NCBI GenBank assembly: GCA_965205015.1
Contig: OZ242029.1
Span: 3,872,001 to 3,936,000, forward strand
Source of the DNA: Candidatus Poribacteria bacterium
Lineage (GTDB): Bacteria > Poribacteria > WGA-4E > WGA-3G
DNA length: 64,000 nt
Reading direction: 5' to 3'
The notes below the pieces were generated by a model. That model ran no database searches. It worked only from the letters and a program-made list of their open reading frames with translations, and was not told the origin of the DNA. Positions 9,028 to 18,768 of this stretch are shown one piece after another; position 1 is the stretch's first letter, and the number at the start of each line of letters is the position of its first letter. A program made the position numbers and the translations under genes.

Positions 9028-10767
9028 ATGAAACTTGATAGAAACCAAGAAAAAGCCGTGAATCACGGCGCGGGTCCTGCTATCGTCATCGCGGGACCCG
9101 GTAGCGGCAAAACGACAGTCGTAACGGCACGAATTCTGAACCTTATCCAGACGCATAACATCCCACCTTTACAAATTCTTGCTATTGCCTTTAATAGAAA
9201 AGCAGTTGAAGAGATGGAGACGCGCATTTTGAGAGAACTGATGCCGTCACAGTCCTCTGATAAGACTGAAACAGATAAAAAACCCGAAATTCGGACGCTT
9301 CATGCATTCGGTAAAGATATTATCACTGAAAACTATAAACGTGCGGGATTCAACGAATATCCTGAGATCTGGGCGGGGCAGATAGACGAAATCATCGCAC
9401 AAGAACGGATGCAGATTGAACGGGAAGCCTCCAATGTTTCGGTTGCCATCTATAAAATAGAGAGTAAAAGTACCGGCAAATGTTATATTGGACAAACGAC
9501 ACAGCCAGAACGGCGGTGGAAGGAACACTTTGAAGACTCATCAAATGACAGACTTCGACAAGCGATCCGATCTGAAGGCGCGTCAGAATTCAGTTTTGAG
9601 GTGCTTGAACGGGTGCCAGGGCGAGAGGCGAACCCTCGCGAGGCACACTGGATTGATTTCTACAAAAACCAGACAAGTGTGTTTAATCGTGCAGATCCGT
9701 TGCGAGTGCAGTATAGCAACCAACTAATTCTCGAAATGTTCTGTCAGCATTTTGATATCCCATATAAAGAACACCTCGACAGAAACCCTGATTTTGAGAA
9801 TCTCCGCGATCGCTTCAACGAGATAAAAGAGACCGTTATGCGAGCGAAACGCAAGGTCACCACCGGATTGTTCGACCCAACAACCCTTGACGACCCCGTA
9901 GCACAGGCATTTGCCGTAAAATATGAGACGCTCAAAACCGAGGCAAACGCCGTCGATTTCGAGGATATGATTATCCACGCCGCGAACCTGCTTGAAACGT
10001 GCCCGGATCTTCGGCAAACCTATCGCGACAGATACCCGTATCTGCTTGTTGACGAATTCCAAGATATTTCACCCACCGACTTCCGATTGGTTTCGCTTTT
10101 ATCGGCGAACCTCTTTGCTGTCGGCGACGACGACCAAGCGATTTACGGGTTTCGTGGCGGCGATTCCGAAATTATGCAGGAATTCACGGATCGACGCGAT
10201 GTCGCGAAATACGAAATCACGCGAAACTATCGCTCCACATCAACGATTGTTGAGCACGCAAGAGCCTTGATTGAACGCAATGCGCCGCGCATTCGTAAGA
10301 ATCTCCGCGCCCACAATCCATGCCAGCAGGACATAAAGATTGTCGGAACGACCCCTGAGACTATAGAAACCCTCTTACGCCGTGAATTGAGATCCTCTCA
10401 GGAGACCGCTGTGTTGGCGCGCACGAACTACGAAACCGACTGTATTCAAGAGATGCTCGCTGGACACGCGCATCCTGTCGAGGTGACGACGATCCACAGA
10501 GCCAAAGGTAGGGAATGGGAAAAGGTTATCCTTGTCCATAACACATTGGCGCGGCGTTTCCCGCGGCGTGATAGTAAACTCGCAGAGGAGCGTCGTGTCT
10601 TCTACGTCGCGATGACGCGTGCTAAAGCGGAATTAGTGGTGCTTGGTGGACAGTGTCCGTTTGTGCCGGAGTTTGAGAAAATCCGCAAAAATATCGGTTA
10701 CTATCTCCGACAGTTTGCGTATTGGCGGGCGAGAAGGAAATTGAAAAAGAAAAGTGACTCAAAATAG
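9028..10767 (+). CDS. UvrD/Rep-type SF1 helicase with an inserted GIY-YIG nuclease domain, lacking domain 2B
   Basis: Helicase motifs AGPGSGKT, AFNRKA, TLHAFG, LVDEFQD, VGDDDQAIYGFRG, NYRS, LARTN, TIHRAKGREW and EERRVFYVAMTRAK. Insert AIYKI...CYIGQT..RRWKEH...E..W...FN at about 9442-9687. Confidence 0.88.
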   Translation: MKLDRNQEKAVNHGAGPAIVIAGPGSGKTTVVTARILNLIQTHNIPPLQILAIAFNRKAVEEMETRILRELMPSQSSDKTETDKKPEIRTLHAFGKDIITENYKRAGFNEYPEIWAGQIDEIIAQERMQIEREASNVSVAIYKIESKSTGKCYIGQTTQPERRWKEHFEDSSNDRLRQAIRSEGASEFSFEVLERVPGREANPREAHWIDFYKNQTSVFNRADPLRVQYSNQLILEMFCQHFDIPYKEHLDRNPDFENLRDRFNEIKETVMRAKRKVTTGLFDPTTLDDPVAQAFAVKYETLKTEANAVDFEDMIIHAANLLETCPDLRQTYRDRYPYLLVDEFQDISPTDFRLVSLLSANLFAVGDDDQAIYGFRGGDSEIMQEFTDRRDVAKYEITRNYRSTSTIVEHARALIERNAPRIRKNLRAHNPCQQDIKIVGTTPETIETLLRRELRSSQETAVLARTNYETDCIQEMLAGHAHPVEVTTIHRAKGREWEKVILVHNTLARRFPRRDSKLAEERRVFYVAMTRAKAELVVLGGQCPFVPEFEKIRKNIGYYLRQFAYWRARRKLKKKSDSK

Positions 10768-10782
10768 GAATTGTGGTATAAT
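10754..10782 (+). promoter_or_regulatory. Sigma70-type promoter
   Basis: GTGACT-17 bp-TATAAT with an extended TG. Confidence 0.5.
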
Positions 10783-10840
10783 TCTACTAAAAGCGGGTTT
10801 GAATTGGCACAATCGCTAAAAAAACAGAAGGAGCACACAA

Positions 10841-11110
10841 ATGACAAACGAAGAACTTTATCAACTGATGAAAGATGGTTTCGATCAGATGAAAACAGAA
10901 ATCAACCAACGTTTTGCAGAGGTCAATCAGCGTCTGGATAGGGTAGAGACCCGGTTAGATGGGATGGATGCCCGGCTCCGCACGGTTGAAAACGGTATAT
11001 CCGAACTCAAGGGCAAGCAAAATGCAATTGCGGGAGTGCGGAGTTGGATAACGGTTGCATGTGCCATCGGTGCCATAATTATCTCCATTGCCGTCGCTAT
11101 TTTCAAATAA
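10841..11110 (+). CDS. Small coiled-coil protein with a C-terminal TM anchor
   Basis: Heptads (RFAEVNQRLDRVETRLDGMDARL), hydrophobic tail, strong SD AAGGAG. Confidence 0.8.
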   Translation: MTNEELYQLMKDGFDQMKTEINQRFAEVNQRLDRVETRLDGMDARLRTVENGISELKGKQNAIAGVRSWITVACAIGAIIISIAVAIFK

Positions 11111-11169
11111 CCCTCAAACGCCTGCCATAAAAAATTGCTCCATTACAAATACCAAGTTCCAGTCTCTGT

Positions 11170-13095
11170 ATGGCAAACGCAACCTTGAAAAACCAAAATT
11201 CCCACCCCGGCGTAACGTTCCGTGCCATTGTCCTCGGTTTGCTACTGATCCCAGTAAATACCTACTTCATCATGGCAAACCACCTCAAATTCTGGAGCAC
11301 TCTCCCGACGACGATGTCCCTCATCTATAACGTGATTATCACGTTGATGGTGCTCATTCCGTTTAACCTGCTGCTGAATCGGTTTCTGCCGCGGTTTGCG
11401 CTGAGACAGGGTGAACTTCTGACGGTCTTCGTGATGCTGTCGCTGTCTTCGGCGATCGCGGGGCACGATATGATGCAAACGGTTATCCCGACGATATCGG
11501 ATGCGTTTTGGTTCGCGACCCCTGAGAACGAATGGAAACAACTGTTTTGGCGGTATCTCCCGCCGTGGCTGACCTCTAACGATATGGCAAGCCTGCAGGC
11601 GTTCTACGACGGAGAGAGTACTATCTATAGGATGGTCCATCTGCGCGGATGGTTACGCCCGATTCTCTGGTGGACGCTCTTTCTGACGGTTCTCATCTGG
11701 GTGATGATCTGCTTGGACGTTTTTCTCCGAAAACAGTGGATCGAGCATGAACGATTGACATACCCTATCGTGCAATTGCCGTTGGAAATGACAAGGCTCG
11801 ACGGACGACTTTTCCGATCGCCGATGATGTGGCTTGGGTTCTTGATTGCAGGCGGTATCAATCTCATCAATGGTCTCCATGTGCTTTTCCCCGAGATCCC
11901 TGAAGTCCCGGTACGGCACGCTGAACTGGGTCAATACTTCACACAGAAGCCGTGGAATTCAATGGGATGGACACCGGTGTATGTGCGTTCGTTCGCCGTT
12001 GGACTCGCTTATCTGATGCCACTGGAAATGTCGTTTTCAATTTGGTTTTTTTACTGGTTTTGGAAAGCACAACGGATCCTGGGCAGCGCACTCGGTCTTG
12101 ACGTTATGCCGGGGTTTCCTTATGACTGGCAACAGGTGATGGGGGGGTATCTTGTGCTTGCGTGTCTCGCACTGTGGGGGGGACGCCGCTACTTTCTTAG
12201 GATGCTCAAGTATATCTTTCGATGGCGTAAGGCTCCCGGCGACATTGACGACAGTAGAGAACCGATGCGTTATCGCTGGGCGGCAATTGGGTTAGTGTGC
12301 GGTTTGTTTTTCCTATGCGCTTTTTCACGACAAGGTGGAATGGAATTCTGGACAATCGGACTCTACTTTTTAATCTATTATCTGTTAGCAATGAGTCTGA
12401 CGCGTATCCGTGCTGAAGTCGGACCGCCGACGATACGGACGTATGCAACGCCTCACGATATCCTTACAGATATTTTCGGCACGCGATTGATTTCGCACGG
12501 TAGTCTAACGATGATGCGTCTCTATCTCACCTTCAATCGTGGGTCGCGCGCCCATCCGATGCCGCATACACTCGAAGGCTTCAAACTCGCAGAGGAAACA
12601 GGCATGCACTCCGGCAGACTCATCGTGGCGATGATGTTCGCCGCGGTGATCGGGATTCTGGCATCGTTTTGGGCGTATCTCGTCGTCGGATACAATATCG
12701 GTGTTGTGAGTGACCTGGGCACGGGGGGGTATAACCTTTTGCAGAGTTGGATCTATCACCCGGTTGACACCGATGTTCCTGCCGTGATTTTTATAGGCAT
12801 CGGTGCCCTTTTTACCGGCTTCTTCTGGTGGCTACGCACAATATTTCCGTTCTGGCCCTTTCATCCTGCGGGGTATATGGTCGCCGGTGAAAGATCAACG
12901 ATCGGTCGGTTGTGGTTTTCGATACTTATCAGTTGGGGTGTCAAAACAATCTTGCTGAAAGTGGGTGGGATCCGCCTCTATCGTAAAGCGTATCCGCTCT
13001 TTTTAGGACTGATTCTCGGGGAATTCATGGTAGGTGGTGTATGGGTGCTGATTCGACTCATCACAGGGATGCCGATGTATTCTTTTTATAGATGA
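11170..13095 (+). CDS. DUF6785/DUF6784-like polytopic membrane protein (putative transporter), paralog 1
   Basis: Many TM segments. Motifs GHD, WFATPENEW, RKQW..HERL.YP, RAEVGPP, HPMPH.LE.FK and WPFHP.GY are shared with two paralogs in this window. Confidence 0.75.
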   Translation: MANATLKNQNSHPGVTFRAIVLGLLLIPVNTYFIMANHLKFWSTLPTTMSLIYNVIITLMVLIPFNLLLNRFLPRFALRQGELLTVFVMLSLSSAIAGHDMMQTVIPTISDAFWFATPENEWKQLFWRYLPPWLTSNDMASLQAFYDGESTIYRMVHLRGWLRPILWWTLFLTVLIWVMICLDVFLRKQWIEHERLTYPIVQLPLEMTRLDGRLFRSPMMWLGFLIAGGINLINGLHVLFPEIPEVPVRHAELGQYFTQKPWNSMGWTPVYVRSFAVGLAYLMPLEMSFSIWFFYWFWKAQRILGSALGLDVMPGFPYDWQQVMGGYLVLACLALWGGRRYFLRMLKYIFRWRKAPGDIDDSREPMRYRWAAIGLVCGLFFLCAFSRQGGMEFWTIGLYFLIYYLLAMSLTRIRAEVGPPTIRTYATPHDILTDIFGTRLISHGSLTMMRLYLTFNRGSRAHPMPHTLEGFKLAEETGMHSGRLIVAMMFAAVIGILASFWAYLVVGYNIGVVSDLGTGGYNLLQSWIYHPVDTDVPAVIFIGIGALFTGFFWWLRTIFPFWPFHPAGYMVAGERSTIGRLWFSILISWGVKTILLKVGGIRLYRKAYPLFLGLILGEFMVGGVWVLIRLITGMPMYSFYR

Positions 13096-13107
13096 AGATT
13101 TTTAAGG

Positions 13108-13302
13108 TACGTGAAACCGCTAACTTCCGTGACCGAACCGCAAGGAATAATTAAAAATAAGAATGAAGTGTCTTGTAGCATAAACTGTTAGTTTGTGCGG
13201 GTTTAACGGGACCGTAGCCTGCAACAACGGGGCAGGCGGGTCTACAGAAAGGCACGTGAAACCTTTAACTTCCCTGACCGAACCGCAAGGAATAATTAAA
13301 AA
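13108..13302 (+). repeat. Composite intergenic repeat with a ~50-bp direct repeat ending in GACCGAACCGCAAGGAATAATTAAAAA
   Basis: 13108-13157 is nearly identical to 13253-13302, with GTAG hairpin modules between them. Confidence 0.8.
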
Positions 13303-14319
13303 ATGAAGATTGTTGTTCTTTCTTATAGTCACCACGGACGCAGTATGGCGCGCACGGCGCACGAACTCGGACACGAGATTGTAGGCGTCATGGATGCCGA
13401 AGCGGGACCTCGGCAACAGTTGGCAGACGATTTCCAATGTCCCGGGTATGAGACGGCAGGAACGTGCCTTGATGCGAGCAAACCGGACGCGGCTCTCGTC
13501 GCGGGGAAACACATTGAGATGCCCGACCATGTGCAGGCGTGTGTGGACCTGCGTATCCCCTATCTCTTGGATAAACCCTTCGCCGATTGTGCGGATCGGC
13601 TGCGTCCAGCCGCTGAGGCATCCGAAAAGCACGGCGTTTTCAGTGCGCTGGTGCTACCGAATCGTGCGAGTCGAATCGTGAGTGTCGTCAAAGAGATGGT
13701 CGCTGATGGGAGTTTGGGTGACCTCGTCCTATACAACAGCAGATTGAATAACGGTCCCCCATCTCGCTATGACCCGACCCCTTCGGCTTGGCATAGCACG
13801 CCGAGTATATCGGGGGGTGGATGTTGGGCAGTCGAAGCGGCACACGGCATTGACACATTCCTTCAGTTTGTTGGCGATCGGGAAATTACAGTTGTCGGCG
13901 GGGTCATGTCCAATTCCATGCACGGCCGCGTTATAGAGGACAGTGGCGTTGGCGTGCTACGAACAGAAGACGGTATCACGGGCATAATTGAATCGGGGTA
14001 TAATTATCCGTCTGGCAAACGGGGTGGCGATCATTTCTTTAGATTTATTGGAACGAAGGCATCCGTATTTGAGCAGTACGGTCGCAACGGTGAACCTCTG
14101 ATTGAAGTGCATACGACCGAAGGGGTCCAGTTTAGTGAGGACATCTCTCACGGCGCGAGGATTCAAGGTGTGATGGGGGGTGCCTTTGATGCCATCCGCG
14201 ACGGTGGCGCCTTTGAACCGACGGTTGTCGATGCGGTGCGTATCCTTGAAATCCAAGATGCCGTTTATGCGTACGCTCGACAGGGTGTAATCACCCACGG
14301 TCCGCATCCAATGGGTTGA
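13303..14319 (+). CDS. Gfo/Idh/MocA family oxidoreductase
   Basis: LLDKP (EKP equivalent) and SGGG...AAHGID motifs, Rossmann-like N-terminus. Confidence 0.82.
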   Translation: MKIVVLSYSHHGRSMARTAHELGHEIVGVMDAEAGPRQQLADDFQCPGYETAGTCLDASKPDAALVAGKHIEMPDHVQACVDLRIPYLLDKPFADCADRLRPAAEASEKHGVFSALVLPNRASRIVSVVKEMVADGSLGDLVLYNSRLNNGPPSRYDPTPSAWHSTPSISGGGCWAVEAAHGIDTFLQFVGDREITVVGGVMSNSMHGRVIEDSGVGVLRTEDGITGIIESGYNYPSGKRGGDHFFRFIGTKASVFEQYGRNGEPLIEVHTTEGVQFSEDISHGARIQGVMGGAFDAIRDGGAFEPTVVDAVRILEIQDAVYAYARQGVITHGPHPMG

Positions 14320-14344
14320 CGACCTTCAAAATGTGTGATAGAAT
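14316..14344 (+). promoter_or_regulatory. Sigma70-type promoter
   Basis: TTGACG-17 bp-TAGAAT with an extended TG. Confidence 0.55.
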
Positions 14345-14381
14345 CTTGCCATCGAAAAAATGGAATTGGAAGGAGTAGAAT

Positions 14382-15410
14382 ATGCCGAATCTAAATATGT
14401 CACAAACGCTTGCATGTGCCGTTGCTGCGGGTTTCGCGTTAGCACCTGCGTTGATTGGAAACGCTGCAAGCCACAATGCTATCTTTGCCCCGGATGCCGA
14501 ACTTAAGGAACTCTTCAATGGGGCACATTTTACGGAAGGTGTCTCCGTCGCGCCGGACGGGACGGTCTATTTCAGCGACATCACCTTCACCGATCAGACG
14601 GATATGCAAGCGGGGAATATCTGGAAACACGATCCAGAGACTGGAGAGACAACCGTTTTCCGTTCTCCGAGTGGGATGTCCAACGGCACAAAGTTTGACG
14701 CACAGGGACGTCTGGTTGTCGCAGAGGGCGCGGATTTCGGGGGACGCAGGATTACCCGAACAAACCTGACGACGGGGAAAAGCGAAATTATTGCCGGTCT
14801 GTATAACGGAAAACCCTTTAACTCGCCGAACGACCTGTCGATTGATGAGCAGGGGCGCGTCTATTTTACGGATCCTCGGTATGCCGGGCATGAACCTGTT
14901 GAACAACCCATCTTTGGCGTCTATCGGATCGATCCAGATGGTTCTGTTCATCTTATCGTTACGGATGCTGGCAAACCCAACGGCGTGGCGGTTTCGCCTG
15001 ATCAGCAAACGCTTTATGTCATCAGTCATGACAACGGTGCGATGGATAGTTTTCCTGAGGATGTACCACTGCTGAATGGACGTATGGCACTCCTCGCCTA
15101 TGACCTCTCACCGGAAGGCACAGCGACTTTCCGAAAAGTGCTGGTGGACTATGCCCCACAAGACGGGCCGGACGGTATGGTGGTTGATGCCGAAGGAAAT
15201 CTCTTCGTAGCGGTGCGCGATGAAACCCGACCGGGTGTCCGTGTGTACACGCCTGAAGGGGAGGAATTGGCGTACGTCAAGACCCCCGATAAACCCACAA
15301 ACGTCGCCTTTGGACGTGGCAAAACGAGTAAGACGCTCTACATAACCGCAGAAAATTGCCTCTACAGCATCCAAACGATGAAAGAAGGATATCACCTGCC
15401 AGCAAGGTAG
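14382..15410 (+). CDS. SMP-30/gluconolactonase family protein, exported
   Basis: FTEG, YFSDI, NSPNDL, YFTDP, PNGVAVSPD and PDGM motifs; signal-peptide-like N-terminus. Confidence 0.9.
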   Translation: MPNLNMSQTLACAVAAGFALAPALIGNAASHNAIFAPDAELKELFNGAHFTEGVSVAPDGTVYFSDITFTDQTDMQAGNIWKHDPETGETTVFRSPSGMSNGTKFDAQGRLVVAEGADFGGRRITRTNLTTGKSEIIAGLYNGKPFNSPNDLSIDEQGRVYFTDPRYAGHEPVEQPIFGVYRIDPDGSVHLIVTDAGKPNGVAVSPDQQTLYVISHDNGAMDSFPEDVPLLNGRMALLAYDLSPEGTATFRKVLVDYAPQDGPDGMVVDAEGNLFVAVRDETRPGVRVYTPEGEELAYVKTPDKPTNVAFGRGKTSKTLYITAENCLYSIQTMKEGYHLPAR

Positions 15411-15429
15411 CCTGGTTCTACTCTTTCAT

Positions 15430-17250
15430 CTATTTTCGTATCAGCATTTTCCGGGTTGCGGTGAAATCGCCAGCCGATAACGTATAAAAATACGGTCCAC
15501 TTGCGACAGGTTCACCGAGTTGGTTTCTACCATCCCAATACGCCGCACGGCTGCGGCTTTGATAGACGCCGACCGCCTTATGCCCTAATGACAAACGCCG
15601 AACGAAAGTGCCGTCCATCGCATAGATGCGTAGCGTTACATCCGCGGCTGTCCCTAACTGATAGGGAATCCACGTCTCCGGATTGAATGGGTTCGGGTAG
15701 TTCGCTAACAGTGCTGTCTCTTTTGGTGCCAATACCAACAGAAGTTGCTCAAGGAAACGGATAGCGTGTTGTGAAGTTGAATCTGTGAGGTTGAGTCGCT
15801 CGACAGTGGAAAGCCACTGCTGCACGGTCTCTGGAGAGAGGTGGGAAAGGTTAACAGCAGCCGGCGCGCCTGCGACTGTTTCCCCCAAAGCCGCAGTCAC
15901 GGCGACGAGGTCCCGAATGTCAACGGTCCCATCGTCGTTGACATCCAGATCTCCGGGACATGGACTACATCCGGGCCCAACGCTGTTGATATAGGCGGGT
16001 GATGCGTCAGTCTGTCCGAGTGCCGCGGCCACAGTGACGATATCTCGAATATCAACTATCCCATCGCAATTGACATCGGCTGGATGTGGCGGTTGGAAAG
16101 GCGCGGATTCAACGTTCCACCGCAGCACCTTGCCGGACGCATTCACACCTGTGAGCCTCCCCGAACCGAAGGTTAGGCTTAAGATACGACCTTCATACCC
16201 CTGATCTCTCGCCTCAATTGTTCGAAGGAGCTCCCCCGTCGATACATCCCAGATGTGAACAAACCTGCCAGTACCGCCACTTGCGACCGTCCTACCATCC
16301 GAACTGAAGGCGATGCTATCAGTACTAACCCCACCCTCCGCATTAAGCCCGCGGATGGGTTCGCCCGTCTCCACATCCCAGAGACAGAGGGGCATAGGAC
16401 AGAGGACATGACTTGCCCCAACTGCAAGCGTCCTACAATCCGGACTGAATACTAAGTGGGGCGCCCAGATATTCTCAATCGTGCGGACGATCTCACCGCT
16501 TGAGACACTCCAAAGGCGGATGATGCTATCCTCACTCCAACTTGCGAGTATCCTACCATCGGGCCTGAAGGCGACCTTCCGGACAGCATCCGGATGCTCA
16601 AGTTTGCGGAGGGTCTTCCCCGTCGACACATCCCAGAAGCGGACAAACCCACCCCCTTCCGGATTCCGCTGAACCGCATTCGCGACTGTGCGTCCATCCG
16701 GGCTGAAGGCTATGCTATTGACCTGCTCACCCACAGACTCCTCCCGCTTCACAAGTTCGTGGACAGTCTGACCCGTTGATCCACTCCACACACAGACCCT
16801 ATCCTCAGAATCCACAACTACACACGTGCGTCCATCTGGACTGAACGCTATGTCAGAGGAAGGACTACCGCACTGCCGAAACTGGTAGATAATCTTACCG
16901 GTCGACGCACTCCAAATGTTTGCAATTACTACATTCACACCCGCGAGCGTCCCACCATCCGGACTGAATACTGGGATATCGAGAGGGAACCCATCTTTCC
17001 ACTCCTCACACCGTTCCTTCCAATTTCTATGCGTTTTCATCCACTCCGCACACGGTTCGAGTTGTGTGGATGCCGCATGCTGTACAAAACAGGGCAGCGT
17101 ACTGACGCTCAAAACCATTAGCAGCGTTAAGATGAAAAAAAGTCTTGTTTTCACTTTCATGTCTCCGTTTTCCGAACGCAATCTTACCTTTTTACAAAGC
17201 GTCCGAGCAAAATTGTGTCGTTTCGCTGAATCTACTCTAATTTCCTGCAT
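15430..17250 (-). CDS. Secreted WD40-repeat protein with dockerin-like repeats and a T9SS/FlgD-Ig-like C-terminal domain
   Basis: Repeated FSPDGRTxA...WDVSTG; DVNCDGIVDIRD and DVNDDGTVDIRD; LLANYPNPFNPETWIPYQL...YWDGRN..GE.VASG.YFY.L.AGDF..TRKMLIRK. Start uncertain (17250 or GTG at 17154). Confidence 0.88.
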   Translation of the reverse strand: MQEIRVDSAKRHNFARTLCKKVRLRSENGDMKVKTRLFFILTLLMVLSVSTLPCFVQHAASTQLEPCAEWMKTHRNWKERCEEWKDGFPLDIPVFSPDGGTLAGVNVVIANIWSASTGKIIYQFRQCGSPSSDIAFSPDGRTCVVVDSEDRVCVWSGSTGQTVHELVKREESVGEQVNSIAFSPDGRTVANAVQRNPEGGGFVRFWDVSTGKTLRKLEHPDAVRKVAFRPDGRILASWSEDSIIRLWSVSSGEIVRTIENIWAPHLVFSPDCRTLAVGASHVLCPMPLCLWDVETGEPIRGLNAEGGVSTDSIAFSSDGRTVASGGTGRFVHIWDVSTGELLRTIEARDQGYEGRILSLTFGSGRLTGVNASGKVLRWNVESAPFQPPHPADVNCDGIVDIRDIVTVAAALGQTDASPAYINSVGPGCSPCPGDLDVNDDGTVDIRDLVAVTAALGETVAGAPAAVNLSHLSPETVQQWLSTVERLNLTDSTSQHAIRFLEQLLLVLAPKETALLANYPNPFNPETWIPYQLGTAADVTLRIYAMDGTFVRRLSLGHKAVGVYQSRSRAAYWDGRNQLGEPVASGPYFYTLSAGDFTATRKMLIRK

Positions 17251-17325
17251 AACAGCCCCTCCAGTTGTGAATTTTACGCCCATTTTAGCAGAGAAGGAGT
17301 ATGAATTAAGCATATTTTCGTTGGC

Positions 17326-18729
17326 CTATTTAGTTGGAGGATGGAGGTTGTGCCACGGTGTAGCACTTTCATAGGCATGCCCAACCTGACATAACAACGG
17401 TTCTGACAGGTGCTTTCCGACGAACTGAATGCTCAACGGTAGCCCTTCGCTGTTCATGCCGCACGGCACAGATAGCGTCGGTGCGCCGTTGTAGTCAAAC
17501 GGCACGGTGAACCGCTGGAATTTCGGATCCCGGGCATCATACCGTCCATACAACATCTTTGGCGTGACGCGGTGTGGTGGGGCTGACATTGACGGACAGA
17601 CCAAGACATCGATCTCCGCAAACACCCTTCTGAAATGCCCTGTACAAGCAGCTCTCAAATTGTTTGCTTTGGCATATCCCGCGCCTGTCACCTTCGCGCC
17701 CATATCCAGCCACCCTTGGAACCAAGGACCGTAATCCTCCCGTCGCGATGGATAGGTGGCGGCGTGTGCTAACACTGCCTCTGTTGAACACAGCGTGGGC
17801 CATGCGGAGACGTATTCATCGACATCCGGCACTTGCACTTCAACAATTTCAGCACCTTGGTCTGCCAAGACTCCCACACCCGTGCGTACTGCTTCGGCGA
17901 GTTCAGTGTCAATGTCGTTCGTGGCATAGTTCTCGTCAAACCCGATGCGAATACCTCGGAGGTCCTGCCCGATTCGCGCAAGCATGTTAGGGACAGGATT
18001 TGGCAGGGAAGTCGGATCGTTTGCATCAAATCCAGCGATCGCCTCCAGCATAATCCCGGCATCCGCGACACTTCGCGTCATCGGACCGACATGGTCCATC
18101 GATTCCGCAAGCGCGAGCACCCCGTAACGACTAACCCGCCCCCATGTCGGTTTTATGCCGACAATTCCACACGCCGCTGAGGGGAAACGGATGGAACCGC
18201 CTGTGTCGCTGCCGAGTGAGCCGAAACACAATCCTGCCGCCGTTGCAACACCGGAACCGCTCGACGATGAACCTGTCCACCGGTCGGGATTCCACGGGTT
18301 TTTTGGGATGTCGAATTCAGAGTTGTAACCGCCCATCGCGCCTTCAGTCAGGTTGAGTTTTCCAAGCAACACGGCACCCGCTGCTTTAAGCTTTGCAATA
18401 ACAGTGCCATCAAACGATGGAACGTGATCAGCGAGGACTTTCGCCGCTCCCATCGTGCGGACACCCTTCGTGAAGCAGAGATCCTTCACGGCGATAGGGA
18501 CCCCGTGAAGTGGACCTCGATGCGTCCCCGACTCAATTTCCCGTTCTGCCGTCTGCGCTGCAGCCATCGCGGAATCCGCCATCACCGTCGCATAACTCTT
18601 CAATCGACCGTCAAGTGCGTTGATGCGTTGCAACATCGCAGTCGTAATGTCTACAGGCGATACCCGTTTTGCGGCGATCGCTTCCGAGAGCTCGGTAATC
18701 GTTCTGAAGTGAAGTGGCGTTTCATTCAT
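17326..18729 (-). CDS. Amidase-signature (GatA-like) family amidase
   Basis: AVKD, GSSSGS and GSDTGGSIRFP (Lys-Ser-Ser triad). Confidence 0.92.
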   Translation of the reverse strand: MNETPLHFRTITELSEAIAAKRVSPVDITTAMLQRINALDGRLKSYATVMADSAMAAAQTAEREIESGTHRGPLHGVPIAVKDLCFTKGVRTMGAAKVLADHVPSFDGTVIAKLKAAGAVLLGKLNLTEGAMGGYNSEFDIPKNPWNPDRWTGSSSSGSGVATAAGLCFGSLGSDTGGSIRFPSAACGIVGIKPTWGRVSRYGVLALAESMDHVGPMTRSVADAGIMLEAIAGFDANDPTSLPNPVPNMLARIGQDLRGIRIGFDENYATNDIDTELAEAVRTGVGVLADQGAEIVEVQVPDVDEYVSAWPTLCSTEAVLAHAATYPSRREDYGPWFQGWLDMGAKVTGAGYAKANNLRAACTGHFRRVFAEIDVLVCPSMSAPPHRVTPKMLYGRYDARDPKFQRFTVPFDYNGAPTLSVPCGMNSEGLPLSIQFVGKHLSEPLLCQVGHAYESATPWHNLHPPTK

Positions 18730-18768
18730 GTGCTTTCTCCCAGTAAAAGTTGACTGAAACTGATCTGT

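Noticed and set aside
9442-9687. GIY-YIG insert as an intein or group I intron homing endonuclease
   Set aside because: There are no intein splice motifs (Cys/Ser start, HN-C/S/T end), and the frame is continuous with no visible intron core.
10841-11110. Small coiled-coil/TM gene as a fourth component of the helicase module
   Set aside because: It has its own predicted promoter and SD, and the only link is adjacency.
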